The notes: generated from the letters alone by a model not told the origin. DNA of 64,000 nt from Faecousia sp. (GCA_045595645.1 JAZOAV010000040.1:82-64081), one strand, 5' to 3'. Counted from the stretch's first letter, positions 9,627-19,136 are shown. Made by a program: numbers and translations.

Positions 9627-10339
9627 TAAATAAAAATCAGCCTTTCCAAGTCGTAAAACCCGACAGGTTTTTTGCTTAACGCCTCACCTGCACGAAGCGC
9701 ACCGGCGGCAAAGATGCGGCGGGAGCTTGCCTTGTGGGTCAGTTCCAGACTTTCATCCTCACCGAAAAACAGCACGCTGTGTTCTCCGGCAACCGTACCG
9801 CCCCGCAGAGCGTGGACGGCAATTTCGCCCTTCGTTCTCGCGCCGCAGATGCCCTCCCGTCCGTGGAGAGTCAGGGCACGGCCTTCGGGGTCAATCTCTT
9901 GCAACAGGATTTTCGCCGTACCACTGGGGGCATCGGCCTTCTGATTGTGATGCAGTTCCAAAATTTCCTTGTCCCAATCTGCCAGCACAGGGGCGTACTC
10001 CCGCAACATTTTCCGCAACACGGCAATGCCGGTGCTGTAATTTGCCGCCCAAATCACAGGGACAAGCTCCGACAATTCCCGCAACAGAACGAAATCCGGC
10101 TCGGCCAGACCCGTAGTGCCGCTGAGCAAGGGGGTCTTGGTGCGGCGAATGTAGCCTGCCAGCTTGGGCAGTGCCGCAGGCGCAGAAAAATCGATGCACA
10201 AATCGGCGGCCTCCGCCGTGTCGTAGCGTTCGGGACAAGTCACATCTGCCCAACCGATCACTTCCCAGCCCTTGGCCTTTGCCAGCTCCTCCACCATGCG
10301 GCCCATTCTTCCGTAGCCGCTGAGAAAAATCCGCATCAC
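9626..10339 (-). CDS. dapB: 4-hydroxy-tetrahydrodipicolinate reductase
   Basis: GYGRMG, IDFS, GTTG, ELHHNQKADAPSGTA, RGGTVAGEH. Confidence 0.95.
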   Translation of the reverse strand: MMRIFLSGYGRMGRMVEELAKAKGWEVIGWADVTCPERYDTAEAADLCIDFSAPAALPKLAGYIRRTKTPLLSGTTGLAEPDFVLLRELSELVPVIWAANYSTGIAVLRKMLREYAPVLADWDKEILELHHNQKADAPSGTAKILLQEIDPEGRALTLHGREGICGARTKGEIAVHALRGGTVAGEHSVLFFGEDESLELTHKASSRRIFAAGALRAGEALSKKPVGFYDLERLIFI

Positions 10340-11229
10340 AGTCCCTCCACCGTCAGACCCGCCGCCTGCATGATGGCAGCCAGCTTGGCACGATTTTCGG
10401 GGGCCATGGGATACAGAGGCATACGATAATGTCCTGCCTTCAGTCCCATCAGATTCATGGCTTCCTTAATGGGAATGGGATTGACCTCCATAAACAGGGC
10501 ATTGATCAAATCCAAATACTTGAGCTGCGCGGCAACCGCCTGTTCTTGCCGTCCTTCCAGCCAATCGGTGACCATGTCGTGACACTCTCTGGGCATCAGG
10601 TTTGCCCAAACGGAAATGACACCCTTGGCACCCACGCTCATAAGAGGAATGGTAATGTCGTCATTGCCGGAGTACATGACAAAATCATCGGACAGATAGC
10701 GGGCCACCTGCATGGCATAGCTCATGTCGCCGCTGGCTTCCTTAATGCCCATCACATTGGGATGGGTGGACAGCCGCTTGACCACAGCGGGAGAAATGCG
10801 GCAGCCGGTACGACCGGGTACATTATACAGAATAATGGGGGCAGAGGCCGCTTCCGCCGACATCATAAAGTGGCGGTACATGCCCTCCTCGTTGGTTTTC
10901 ACATAATAGGGACTGATGCACAGCAGAGCTGCAGCACCCATCTGAGAATAGAGCACACTCTTATGCTGCTGCATAGCACTGGAATTGGAGCCACTGCCCG
11001 CAATGACGGGAATGCGGCCTGCGGCGGCATCCAAAATGGTTTCCAAGGTCTTGATGTCCTCCTCCAAAGAGGTGGAAGCGGTTTCGCCGGTGGTGCCCAG
11101 GGCAACAATACCGTCGGTCTTGTTTTCAATGTGCCACTGCACCAACTCCCGCAGACGAATCAAGTCCACAGAGCCATCGGCATTAAAGGGGGTGACGATA
11201 GCCACAATAGAACCGGAAATGGGTTTCAT
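10336..11229 (-). CDS. dapA: 4-hydroxy-tetrahydrodipicolinate synthase
   Basis: AIVTPF, GTTGE, LYNVPGRT, GIKEASG, NPIPIK; RBS GGGAGG before ATG 11229. Confidence 0.96.
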   Translation of the reverse strand: MKPISGSIVAIVTPFNADGSVDLIRLRELVQWHIENKTDGIVALGTTGETASTSLEEDIKTLETILDAAAGRIPVIAGSGSNSSAMQQHKSVLYSQMGAAALLCISPYYVKTNEEGMYRHFMMSAEAASAPIILYNVPGRTGCRISPAVVKRLSTHPNVMGIKEASGDMSYAMQVARYLSDDFVMYSGNDDITIPLMSVGAKGVISVWANLMPRECHDMVTDWLEGRQEQAVAAQLKYLDLINALFMEVNPIPIKEAMNLMGLKAGHYRMPLYPMAPENRAKLAAIMQAAGLTVEGL

Positions 11230-11335
11230 AAGCAATACCTCCCAATCTATTTTCACCTCATTATCATATCACTTTATCGCCCAAAATGCAAGAAAATTAT
11301 ATACGGGAAAATCCCTGAAAAAAGCAAAAAAGTCC

Positions 11336-11364
11336 TTGACAAAGGAAGAATTTCGCTGTAAAAT
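11336..11364 (+). promoter_or_regulatory. SigA promoter of rpsF-ssb-rpsR
   Basis: TTGACA N17 TAAAAT. Confidence 0.8.
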
Positions 11365-11384
11365 ATACGGGCTTGTGAAAACAA

Positions 11385-11435
11385 GCTATCCTTGCCGGCA
11401 CAGAGATTGTCGGCCAAAAGACCAGAAGGAGGTGC
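11385..11435 (+). promoter_or_regulatory. S6:S18 ribosomal-protein leader
   Basis: TCCTTGCC...GGCC...AAGGAGG stem pairing with the rpsF SD, typical of Firmicutes rpsF leaders. Confidence 0.65.
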
Positions 11436-11443
11436 ACACAACA

Positions 11444-11740
11444 ATGGCTAAGATTTCCGCTAAGTATGAGATCATCTATATCATCGACCCCGCTAAGGGC
11501 GAAGAGGGTATCGCTGCTCTCGTGGAAAAGTTCAAGGCGATGGTTGAGGCAGAAGGTACTCTCACGGGTATCGAGGAATGGGGCAAGCGTCGGCTCGCCT
11601 ATCCCATCAATGATCTGCCCGAAGGCTACTATGTCCTCATGACCTGCGAATGCAAGCCCGAGCTCCCCGCTGAGCTGGACCGCGTGTTCAAGATCACTGA
11701 AGGCGTTATGCGTTCCATCATCGTCGCAGTTGAAGCGTAA
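11444..11740 (+). CDS. rpsF: 30S ribosomal protein S6
   Basis: KYEIIYII, WGKRRLAYPI, EGYYVL. Confidence 0.96.
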   Translation: MAKISAKYEIIYIIDPAKGEEGIAALVEKFKAMVEAEGTLTGIEEWGKRRLAYPINDLPEGYYVLMTCECKPELPAELDRVFKITEGVMRSIIVAVEA

Positions 11741-11752
11741 GGAGGCCCTTTC

Positions 11753-12304
11753 ATGTTGAACCACATCGTTCTCATGGGTCGTCTTACCCGTGACCCCGAG
11801 CTCCGTCGGACAAACTCCGGCACTGCCGTGGCCACCTTCACCATCGCCGTTGACCGTGATTTTGCAAATCAGGCTACCGGCGAAAGAGAAACGGACTTCA
11901 TCGACATCGTGGCATGGCGCAGCACTGCTGAGTTCGTCAGCAAGTATTTCGCCAAGGGCCGCATGGCTGTGATTTCCGGTCGTCTCCAGATTCGCAACTG
12001 GAACGACAAAGACGGAAACAAGCGCCGCAGCGCCGAAGTCATCGCAGACAATGTCTATTTTGGTGACTCCAAGCGTGAAGGCAGCAGCGAAGGCAGCTAC
12101 AATGGCTACAACAGCAGCTTCAACGGCGGCTCCGCCCCGGCTTACGGCTCTGCTCCCGCCTACGGCTCCGCTCCTGCGTATGGCTCTGCCCCTGCGTACG
12201 GTTCTGCTCCTGCCAACAACTATGGCTACGCTGCTCCCGCCGCTCCCGCTCCGTCCTCCGATTTCTCCATGATTGAGGACGACGACAGCCAGCTTCCGTT
12301 CTAA
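11753..12304 (+). CDS. ssb: Single-stranded DNA-binding protein
   Basis: [17 protein letters not shown]; acidic tail DDSQLPF. Confidence 0.97.
   Translation: MLNHIVLMGRLTRDPELRRTNSGTAVATFTIAVDRDFANQATGERETDFIDIVAWRSTAEFVSKYFAKGRMAVISGRLQIRNWNDKDGNKRRSAEVIADNVYFGDSKREGSSEGSYNGYNSSFNGGSAPAYGSAPAYGSAPAYGSAPAYGSAPANNYGYAAPAAPAPSSDFSMIEDDDSQLPF
12128..12214 (+). repeat. Intragenic 18-bp tandem repeat encoding (GSAPAY)4-GSAPA in the SSB linker
   Basis: GGCTCYGCYCCNGCNTAY units in frame. Confidence 0.85.
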
Positions 12305-12347
12305 GGTAACTTTTCCACCAGAGTATTTAAAGAAGGAGGATTTCATC

Positions 12348-12581
12348 ATGGCTAACGAGAAGGCTCGCCCCCGCAAGCGTAAGAAGGTTTGTAACTTCTG
12401 CGTAGATAAGGTTACGAGCATCGATTTCAAGGATTCTGCCAAGCTCCGTCGCTATACTTCCGAGCGCGGCAAGATTCTGCCCCGCCGTACCACCGGTACC
12501 TGTGCAGAGCATCAGCGTCAGCTGACCGTTGCGATCAAGCGCGCCCGCGCCATCGCCCTGCTGCCCTATGTAGCAGACTAA
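12348..12581 (+). CDS. rpsR: 30S ribosomal protein S18 (Zn-binding C+ type)
   Basis: [27 protein letters not shown]. Confidence 0.97.
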   Translation: MANEKARPRKRKKVCNFCVDKVTSIDFKDSAKLRRYTSERGKILPRRTTGTCAEHQRQLTVAIKRARAIALLPYVAD

Positions 12582-12591
12582 TCGAAAACAC

Positions 12592-12623
12592 AACCGTCCT
12601 TCCATTCGGAAGGGCGGTTTTTT
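12592..12623 (+). terminator. Intrinsic terminator
   Basis: AACCGTCCTTCC-ATTC-GGAAGGGCGGTT followed by T-tract. Confidence 0.85.
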
Positions 12624-12711
12624 CGTAGCAAAGCCCTTTGCCGCAGCCTTTTTCCTTTACTTTTCCCTCTCTCTGCATTATAATAAATATATCGTTTCAT
12701 CAATCCGCATC

Positions 12712-12847
12712 GTGGGAGACGGTTTTCCCGTCCCTTTCAATGCAGCGCACCCGTAGCGCGCGGCTTCCCAGACGCGCCTATGCGCAGAGTGTTACAGCGT
12801 AGGGGCGAACTGCGTTCGCCCGCGGGCGTTCAAAGAACGGCCCTACG
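12712..12847. repeat. Cluster of four GTAG/GTGG REP palindromes
   Basis: GTGGGAGACGG..CCGTCCC, GTAGCGCGCGG..GACGCGCC, GTAGGGGCGAAC..GTTCGCCC and an inverted ..GCCCTAC. Confidence 0.8.
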
Positions 12848-12899
12848 AACAGATACGATAATCCTTCGATATACCGAGACAAAACCACAGGAGAACGCC

Positions 12900-13988
12900 A
12901 TGAACCTACAACTCGCCCTTAAAATTTTAATATGGCTTTTGGGCGGCGGTTTCTTATTGGCCATCTGCTTCCCCCGTCGGAATATGCGGGTGCTGGGAAA
13001 AACGCGGGAGCGTTGGAGCCTGTCGGCTGCCTTACTTTTGGTACTGCCCCTCATCTACTGGTGCGCCCAGCGCAGTACCCTATTCGGTGACACAGAATTT
13101 TATCGCATGAGCTTTGTGCGAGCCCCCTCCTCCCTGTGGGAAATCCCCGCCTACATGGAAGCACAACCCAAGGATGCGGGCTTCTTTGGCTTTTCCGCCC
13201 TGCTCAAGTGCATCTTTGGAGACAATTTTCGGGTGTACTTCTTCCTTTTGGCAGCCATCCAAATGATCTGCGTGGCGATGGTCTACCGCAAGTATTCCCG
13301 CAATTACTGGCTGAGCATCTTTCTCTTTGTCGCCTCCACGGACTACACCGCCTGGATGTTCAACGGCACTCGTCAATTTCTGGCGGTTGTCATCATCTTC
13401 GCCGCACTGCCTCTGCTTCTGAGAAAACGCCATATTTGGACGATCGTGCTCATTCTGTTTGCCTCGGTCTTTCACCAGTCGGCGTTGCTTATGCTTCCCG
13501 TAATTTTTCTGGTGCAGGGCAAGGCGTGGAACAAAAAAACCAATTTGGTGCTGTTGGGCGTACTGCTGGCGGTGCTGTTCGTAGGCGAATTTACAGACTT
13601 TCTGGACACCCTCATGGAGGACACGCAGTACGAAAATGTGGTTACTGACTGGAGGACCAGCGGCGACGACGGCACCAACGCGCTGCGGGTGCTGGTCTAC
13701 TCCGTTCCCACCCTCTTGGCATTTGTCTACCGCAAAACTCTGCGAGAAAGCCGCAACCCTCTGATCAATCTGTGTGTCAATATGTCCATTATTTCCACGG
13801 GCATCTACATTCTTTCCATGTTCACCAGCGGCATTTTCATCGGCCGCCTGCCCATTTATATGAGCCTGTACCTGTACATCCTCCTACCATGGGAAATTCG
13901 CCACTTCTTCCATCGAAAGTGGCAAATGCCCATCACCGTGGCGACCTGCACCCTGTACAGCCTGTTTTATTTCTATAGTTATCTGTAG
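12900..13988 (+). CDS. EpsG-family (Wzy-like) polysaccharide polymerase
   Basis: Polytopic; GDT..Y, FNGTRQFLA, FHQSAL, RLPIY motifs; RBS GGAG before ATG 12900. Confidence 0.8.
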   Translation: MNLQLALKILIWLLGGGFLLAICFPRRNMRVLGKTRERWSLSAALLLVLPLIYWCAQRSTLFGDTEFYRMSFVRAPSSLWEIPAYMEAQPKDAGFFGFSALLKCIFGDNFRVYFFLLAAIQMICVAMVYRKYSRNYWLSIFLFVASTDYTAWMFNGTRQFLAVVIIFAALPLLLRKRHIWTIVLILFASVFHQSALLMLPVIFLVQGKAWNKKTNLVLLGVLLAVLFVGEFTDFLDTLMEDTQYENVVTDWRTSGDDGTNALRVLVYSVPTLLAFVYRKTLRESRNPLINLCVNMSIISTGIYILSMFTSGIFIGRLPIYMSLYLYILLPWEIRHFFHRKWQMPITVATCTLYSLFYFYSYL

Positions 13989-14000
13989 AGGTATCATATT

Positions 14001-14831
14001 ATGTTTACCATAACCGTTATTATGTCAACTTACAACTGCGCCGCCACACTCCCAAAGGCGATAGATTCTCTGTTGACACAGAGCTATCCCCACTGGGTGC
14101 TGGTGGCCTGTGACGACGGCTCCACCGACGAAAGCTACGCCATTTTGCAGAACTATGCCGCCCGTTACCCCGAAAAATTTCACCTTCTGCGCAACGAAAG
14201 CAACCGTGGTCTCCCCTACTCCCTGAACCGTTGCTTAGCGGAGGCAAAAACGGAATACATCGCCCGCATGGACGGCGACGACATCTCCCTGCCCGAGCGG
14301 TTCGCCAAGCAGATCGCCTATCTGCAAGTCAATCCCGAGGTGGATTTGGTGGGCACTGCCGCCATTGTCTCCAACGGGGAGCGGGAGTTGACCCGTTATG
14401 TGCAACCGACCAAGGTGAAAATCGAGGATTTTCGCCACTGCACCTGCTTTATCCACGCCACTGTGCTGTGCAAGCGGCAAGTGCTGGAAGCCCTTGGAGG
14501 CTACTCCTTGGAACCCCATGTCCTGCGCTGTGAGGATTTGGATCTGTGGTCCCGCTTTTTGGCGGCGGGCTACTGCGGTCACAACCTGCAAGAGCCCCTG
14601 TATGTGATTTTGGAAAACGATGCCGCCATCAAGCGGCGCACATGGCAAAATCGCCGCAATGTGGCAAAAACCCTGCGCATCGCCTTCCGTCGGCTCCATC
14701 TGCGGGGTCTGCGCTGTCTGTGGCGATCCTACGGTCAGCTTTTGACCTACTTCGTGCCCACGCCTCTGTACCGTCTGCTCCATGTGCGGCGCATTTCGGC
14801 AGGAAGTCGGGATAACGCCGAAAATCGCTGA
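14001..14831 (+). CDS. GT2 glycosyltransferase
   Basis: VIMSTYN, DDGSTD, ARMDGDD, EDLDLW. Confidence 0.92.
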   Translation: MFTITVIMSTYNCAATLPKAIDSLLTQSYPHWVLVACDDGSTDESYAILQNYAARYPEKFHLLRNESNRGLPYSLNRCLAEAKTEYIARMDGDDISLPERFAKQIAYLQVNPEVDLVGTAAIVSNGERELTRYVQPTKVKIEDFRHCTCFIHATVLCKRQVLEALGGYSLEPHVLRCEDLDLWSRFLAAGYCGHNLQEPLYVILENDAAIKRRTWQNRRNVAKTLRIAFRRLHLRGLRCLWRSYGQLLTYFVPTPLYRLLHVRRISAGSRDNAENR

Positions 14832-14849
14832 AAATACAGCATTTTCCCC

Positions 14850-14878
14850 TTGACCTGTAACACTTTTTGTGCTATCAT
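14850..14878 (+). promoter_or_regulatory. SigA promoter of the metK leader
   Basis: TTGACC N17 TATCAT with TG extension. Confidence 0.75.
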
Positions 14879-14895
14879 ATGGGCGAATTTCATAG

Positions 14896-15154
14896 CCTTA
14901 TCGAGAGTGGCGGAGGGACCGGCCCGATGAAGCCCGACAACCTGCTATGGAAGCTCTGATGAAATCGCCGAGAGCAATCAGCGAGAGATTTTGTTCCAAA
15001 TTGAGGTTTGGAAAACGCAGGAATACTTTATGTATTTCAAGTTTTTCAAGCCGAAAAGTTGGGACAAAAGATCCGCTGAGTGCCGATGGCTATTCATTCA
15101 GAGTTTCCTTGATATGCAAGGTGCCAATTCCGGCGATACGATCGACAGATGAGG
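14896..15154 (+). promoter_or_regulatory. SAM-I (S-box) riboswitch with a 160-bp insertion in P3
   Basis: CTTATCGAGAGTGGCGGAGGGACCGGCCCGATGAAGCCCGACAACCTGC ... GCAAGGTGCCAATTCC ... AGATGAGG; P1 CCTTATC/GATGAGG; upstream of metK. Confidence 0.92.
14949..15108. mobile_element. 160-bp palindromic MITE-like element, copy 2 (inside the riboswitch)
   Basis: Same termini and length as 9467-9626. Confidence 0.85.
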
Positions 15155-15166
15155 GACACAATGCCA

Positions 15167-15194
15167 TGCCCTGTCGAGTGACGGGGTATTTTTT
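15167..15194 (+). terminator. Riboswitch expression-platform terminator
   Basis: TGCCCTGTC-GAGT-GACGGGGTA followed by TTTTTT. Confidence 0.8.
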
Positions 15195-15237
15195 GTTTCG
15201 ATTGGCTCTGAAATCCAATAGAGAGGAGCTATTAGTT

Positions 15238-16398
15238 ATGCAAAAACGAATTTTTACTTCCGAATCGGTCACAGAGGGACATCCCGATAAGGTCTGCGAC
15301 CAAATCTCTGATGGTGTTCTGGATGCCATCTATGCTCAGGACCCCAACGCCCGTGTTGCCTGCGAATGTGCTACCACCACCGGCATGGTTCTCGTTATGG
15401 GCGAAATCTCCACTAATTGCTATGTGGATATCCCCCGCATTGCACGGGATACCCTGCTCAAAATCGGCTACGACAGCCAATCTGCCGGCTTTAACGGCAA
15501 CACCTGTGCCATTCTCACTGCCATTGACGAGCAGTCCGGCGATATCGCCATGGGCGTAAACAACTCCTACGAAGACCCCGACACCTTGGGTGCCGGCGAT
15601 CAGGGCATGATGTTCGGCTTCGCCTGCAACGAAACCAAGGAACTGATGCCCGCCCCCATCGCCTTCGCTCACAATCTGACCCGCAAGCTGGCAGAGGAGC
15701 GAAAGAACGGCCATCTGCCTTGGCTGCGTCCCGACGGCAAGAGCCAGGTTTCCGTCCAGTATGCCGAGGACGGCAGCGTGGAGCGCATCGACAGTGTCGT
15801 TCTGTCCACCCAGCACGCCGAGGATATTTCCATCAAGGATCTGCGGGAAGCGGTCATCGAAGAAATCATCCGTCCCAGCCTGCCCAAGCATTTGGTGGAT
15901 GGCGCAACAAAGTTTTATGTAAACCCCACCGGTCGTTTCGTCATTGGCGGCCCCGTGGGTGACAGCGGCCTGACCGGTCGAAAGATCATCGTGGATACCT
16001 ACGGCGGCTACGCTGCCCACGGCGGCGGCGCTTTCTCCGGCAAAGACCCCACCAAGGTAGACCGCAGTGCCGCTTATATGGCCCGTTATGTGGCAAAGAA
16101 TCTGGTAAAAGCCGGCTTGGCCGACAAGTGCCAAATCGAGCTGGCGTATGCCATCGGTGTGGCGCAGCCTGTTTCCGTTTTGGTGGAGACCTACGGCACG
16201 GGCAAGCTCTCCGACTGGCAACTGAGCGAGCTGGTGCGGGAATGTTTCGACCTGCGCCCTGCCGCTATCATTAACACCCTGAACCTGCGCCGTCCCATCT
16301 ACCAGCAGACCGCCGCTTACGGTCACTTCGGCCGTCCCGAGCTGAATCTGCCCTGGGAGCAGACGGATGCCGTAGAAAGAATTTTGGCAAAGGCATAA
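15238..16398 (+). CDS. metK: S-adenosylmethionine synthetase
   Basis: [28 protein letters not shown]; RBS GAGGAG before ATG 15238. Confidence 0.98.
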   Translation: MQKRIFTSESVTEGHPDKVCDQISDGVLDAIYAQDPNARVACECATTTGMVLVMGEISTNCYVDIPRIARDTLLKIGYDSQSAGFNGNTCAILTAIDEQSGDIAMGVNNSYEDPDTLGAGDQGMMFGFACNETKELMPAPIAFAHNLTRKLAEERKNGHLPWLRPDGKSQVSVQYAEDGSVERIDSVVLSTQHAEDISIKDLREAVIEEIIRPSLPKHLVDGATKFYVNPTGRFVIGGPVGDSGLTGRKIIVDTYGGYAAHGGGAFSGKDPTKVDRSAAYMARYVAKNLVKAGLADKCQIELAYAIGVAQPVSVLVETYGTGKLSDWQLSELVRECFDLRPAAIINTLNLRRPIYQQTAAYGHFGRPELNLPWEQTDAVERILAKA

Positions 16399-16436
16399 TT
16401 ATGTAAACCTAACATTACTGAAAGTGAGGATGTATT

Positions 16437-17630
16437 ATGAAGTTATCCGAAAAAGTCAATCGCTGTAACCTCTCTCCCATCCGCAAATTCTACCCCCTGA
16501 TGCAGCAGGCCAGAGCCAGAGGCATCCAAATCATTCCTCTGAACATCGGCCAGCCCGACATCGAAACCCCCCGTGGCTTCTTTGAGGCCATCACCTCCTA
16601 TCAGCAGAAGGTGCTGGACTACGCTCCCTCTCCCGGTATTCCCTGCATGATTGAAGCCATTCAGAACTATTACAGCAAGTTGGATGTGCATTTTGACACC
16701 GCTGATATCATCGTCACCACCGGCGGCAGCGAAGCTCTGTCTATGGCACTGAGCTGCATTTTGGACGAAGGCGACGAGGTCTTGGTTGCCGAGCCCTTCT
16801 ATCCCAACTACCGCACCTTCGTCAACATGGCCGGCGGCCGCATCTGCCCCATCCCCACCACTCCCGAAGAAGGCTATCACTTTGCATCCCGTGAGAAGAT
16901 CGTGCCCCGCATCACCGAAAAGACCCGTGCTCTGATGCCCTCCAACCCCGGCAACCCCACCGGCACCATCCTCACTCAGGAAGAGCTGCAGCTCGTTGCG
17001 GATATCGCCAAGGAGCATAACCTGTACCTCATCTGCGACGAGGTCTACCGTGAATTCATCTACGAGGGCGAGCTGCTCACCGCCGCCCACATCCCCGGCA
17101 TCGAAGAAAACCTGATCATCATCGACTCCGTTTCCAAGCGGTTCAGTGCCTGTGGTGCCCGTATCGGTGCCCTGATCTCCCGCAACAAGGAATTCATGCA
17201 GGCCGCTATGAAGATCGCACAGGCCCGTCTATCCGTCGCAACTGTAGAGCAGTACGGCGCAGCCGCCCTGTACAGCGTGCCCGACACTTACTTCGAGTCC
17301 GTGCGTGAAGAATATCGCCGTCGCCGTGATGTTTGCTATGCAGGTCTGACCGCCATCCCCGGCATCGTTGTGGCAGAGCCTAAGGGTGCCTTCTACATGA
17401 TGGCCAAGCTGCCCGTAGACAATGCCGAAAAGTTCCAGACCTACTTGTTGGAGGAGTTCGAGGACAACAAGCAGACTGTCACCTTTGCCCCCGGCAGCGG
17501 CTTCTATGCAACAGCCGGCGCAGGCGAACAGGAAATCCGTGTCGCCTATGTTCTGCAAAGCGAAGACCTCAAGCGCGCCCTGGAACTGCTGAGAATCGCC
17601 ATCGAAAAGTATCAGGCAAAGTACATGTAA
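16437..17630 (+). CDS. PLP-dependent class I/II aminotransferase
   Basis: NIGQPD, NPGNPTG, DEVY, DSVSKRFSACGARIG. Confidence 0.92.
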   Translation: MKLSEKVNRCNLSPIRKFYPLMQQARARGIQIIPLNIGQPDIETPRGFFEAITSYQQKVLDYAPSPGIPCMIEAIQNYYSKLDVHFDTADIIVTTGGSEALSMALSCILDEGDEVLVAEPFYPNYRTFVNMAGGRICPIPTTPEEGYHFASREKIVPRITEKTRALMPSNPGNPTGTILTQEELQLVADIAKEHNLYLICDEVYREFIYEGELLTAAHIPGIEENLIIIDSVSKRFSACGARIGALISRNKEFMQAAMKIAQARLSVATVEQYGAAALYSVPDTYFESVREEYRRRRDVCYAGLTAIPGIVVAEPKGAFYMMAKLPVDNAEKFQTYLLEEFEDNKQTVTFAPGSGFYATAGAGEQEIRVAYVLQSEDLKRALELLRIAIEKYQAKYM

Positions 17631-17634
17631 AAAC

Positions 17635-17671
17635 CAACGGAGGATTCCATCTCGGAATCCTCCGTCTTTTT
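17635..17671. terminator. Terminator hairpin, copy 1 of a 37-bp direct repeat
   Basis: CAACGGAGGATTCC-ATCTC-GGAATCCTCCGTCTTTTT. Confidence 0.85.
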
Positions 17672-17691
17672 GCTTCTTTTGCTATCACAGC

Positions 17692-19041
17692 TTAGAATTG
17701 CAGGTCTGCTTCCGCAGTATTGGCATTCAGGAACATCACATAGTAGATTGGGATATAGAGGATCTTTCCCTTTTCCCGCACAGATATTTCGTTAGAAATC
17801 ACATATGCTTTTTTAACATAGTAGTCCTCGTTCTGCACGAAGGTGTTCAGTGCACTGTGGATCGTATAGTCCTTGCCAGACTTCACTTCTACAGGAACAG
17901 TGGAAAGGCTGCTGTAGTCATCGATCAGGAAGTCCACTTCGCCCTTTCTGCGGTTGTCGTAGTAGAACAGATTGTGCCCATGGGCAATCAGCTCGCTTGC
18001 TACAACCGTCTCATAAACAGAGCCAAGATTGATGCTCTTTTGGTCATCCAGAACAGCGCGAATATTGTTTCCGTACAGAATCCCCGTAAGAATACCCACA
18101 TCATTCAGGTAAAGCTTGAGCAGATTCTTGCCTGTGGATTCAATCAGCGGAAATACAGGATTGGAAATAGCCCGAACATGCAACGCAATCCCTGCACTGA
18201 TCAAATACTCGAATTCCTCACTGTAGTCATTGAAGGTCTTCCCGCGTTTGTTTTCGACAGACTGTGCTACAAGCCGCTTTTTCTTGTTCTCCATATTGGA
18301 GGGAATAAGATTGTAGATTCTGCGGATCATCAGTTTCCGCTCCTCGTCGTATTTGGACGCATCCGCAGCATAATAATCATGGATCTCTCTTTGCACTTCG
18401 CGGACAGATTGGATGTTCTTCTCTGCCAAATAAGTGTTGACCGCATCAGGCAGTCCACCCACAAGCAGGAACTTGCGGAACAGATCCATCATCTTGTTGT
18501 GCATAGGCTCGTCCAATGCTTCAAGCCGTTCAAACTTACTCCGCATGACCTCAATGGCGACCTGATTCATACCATTGGCATAGAGGAATTCCTCAAAATC
18601 CAGCGGGAACATTCTAACCTTACGAATGCTGCCCATAGGGACGGATGTTGTCTGCGACAGGGTAACGCCAAGGAGCGAACCGCTGGCGATATAGTTGTAC
18701 TTTCCGTCTTGCGCCAAAAACTTCAGCAAGGTGAGCAGTTGAGGATATGCCTGAATCTCGTCAATAAAGATCAGCGTGTTCTCCTTCTCTTTCATTTTGC
18801 GCCCTGCCAGCATACTGACCTGAAGATAAAAGTCCTCCACGGTTTTGGTATTTGCAAATAAGCGGTCACCCAAAGAATCCTCGACCATATTGATTTCGAT
18901 ATAATTCTCAAACAGCTTTTGCCCAACATAGCGGATAATGTATGTCTTTCCTACCTGACGAGCTCCGTCAATGAGAAGAATCCTCTTAGAATTCGACTTT
19001 AAGTGTGCCTCAATGACCGATTCAATCTTACGATATAGCAT
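17692..19041 (-). CDS. AAA_14 + DUF4143 ATPase
   Basis: Walker A GARQVGKT, Walker B IFIDEIQ, GSLLG, VGGLP, C-terminal EVDF...VEVKS; RBS GGAGG. Confidence 0.88.
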   Translation of the reverse strand: MLYRKIESVIEAHLKSNSKRILLIDGARQVGKTYIIRYVGQKLFENYIEINMVEDSLGDRLFANTKTVEDFYLQVSMLAGRKMKEKENTLIFIDEIQAYPQLLTLLKFLAQDGKYNYIASGSLLGVTLSQTTSVPMGSIRKVRMFPLDFEEFLYANGMNQVAIEVMRSKFERLEALDEPMHNKMMDLFRKFLLVGGLPDAVNTYLAEKNIQSVREVQREIHDYYAADASKYDEERKLMIRRIYNLIPSNMENKKKRLVAQSVENKRGKTFNDYSEEFEYLISAGIALHVRAISNPVFPLIESTGKNLLKLYLNDVGILTGILYGNNIRAVLDDQKSINLGSVYETVVASELIAHGHNLFYYDNRRKGEVDFLIDDYSSLSTVPVEVKSGKDYTIHSALNTFVQNEDYYVKKAYVISNEISVREKGKILYIPIYYVMFLNANTAEADLQF

Positions 19042-19055
19042 AGACCGCACCTCCC

Positions 19056-19136
19056 ATGACATTTCAATAGAATTATACCATATATTTTATGACATTTCAA
19101 TAGAATTCGCGCGACAAATTTCCGACATTTCAAAGA
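19056..19136 (-). promoter_or_regulatory. Promoter overlapped by three direct repeats at 33-bp period
   Basis: GACATTTCAA at 19058, 19091, 19124; TTGAAA (19100-19095) N17 TATAAT (19077-19072). Confidence 0.75.

Noticed and set aside
14947-15237. 97-aa N-terminal extension of MetK in the ORF track
   Set aside because: Runs through the riboswitch and inserted element; real start is ATG 15238 with RBS. Similar false extensions for hisS (9517), rpsF (10985), EpsG (12780) and glgB (59053).
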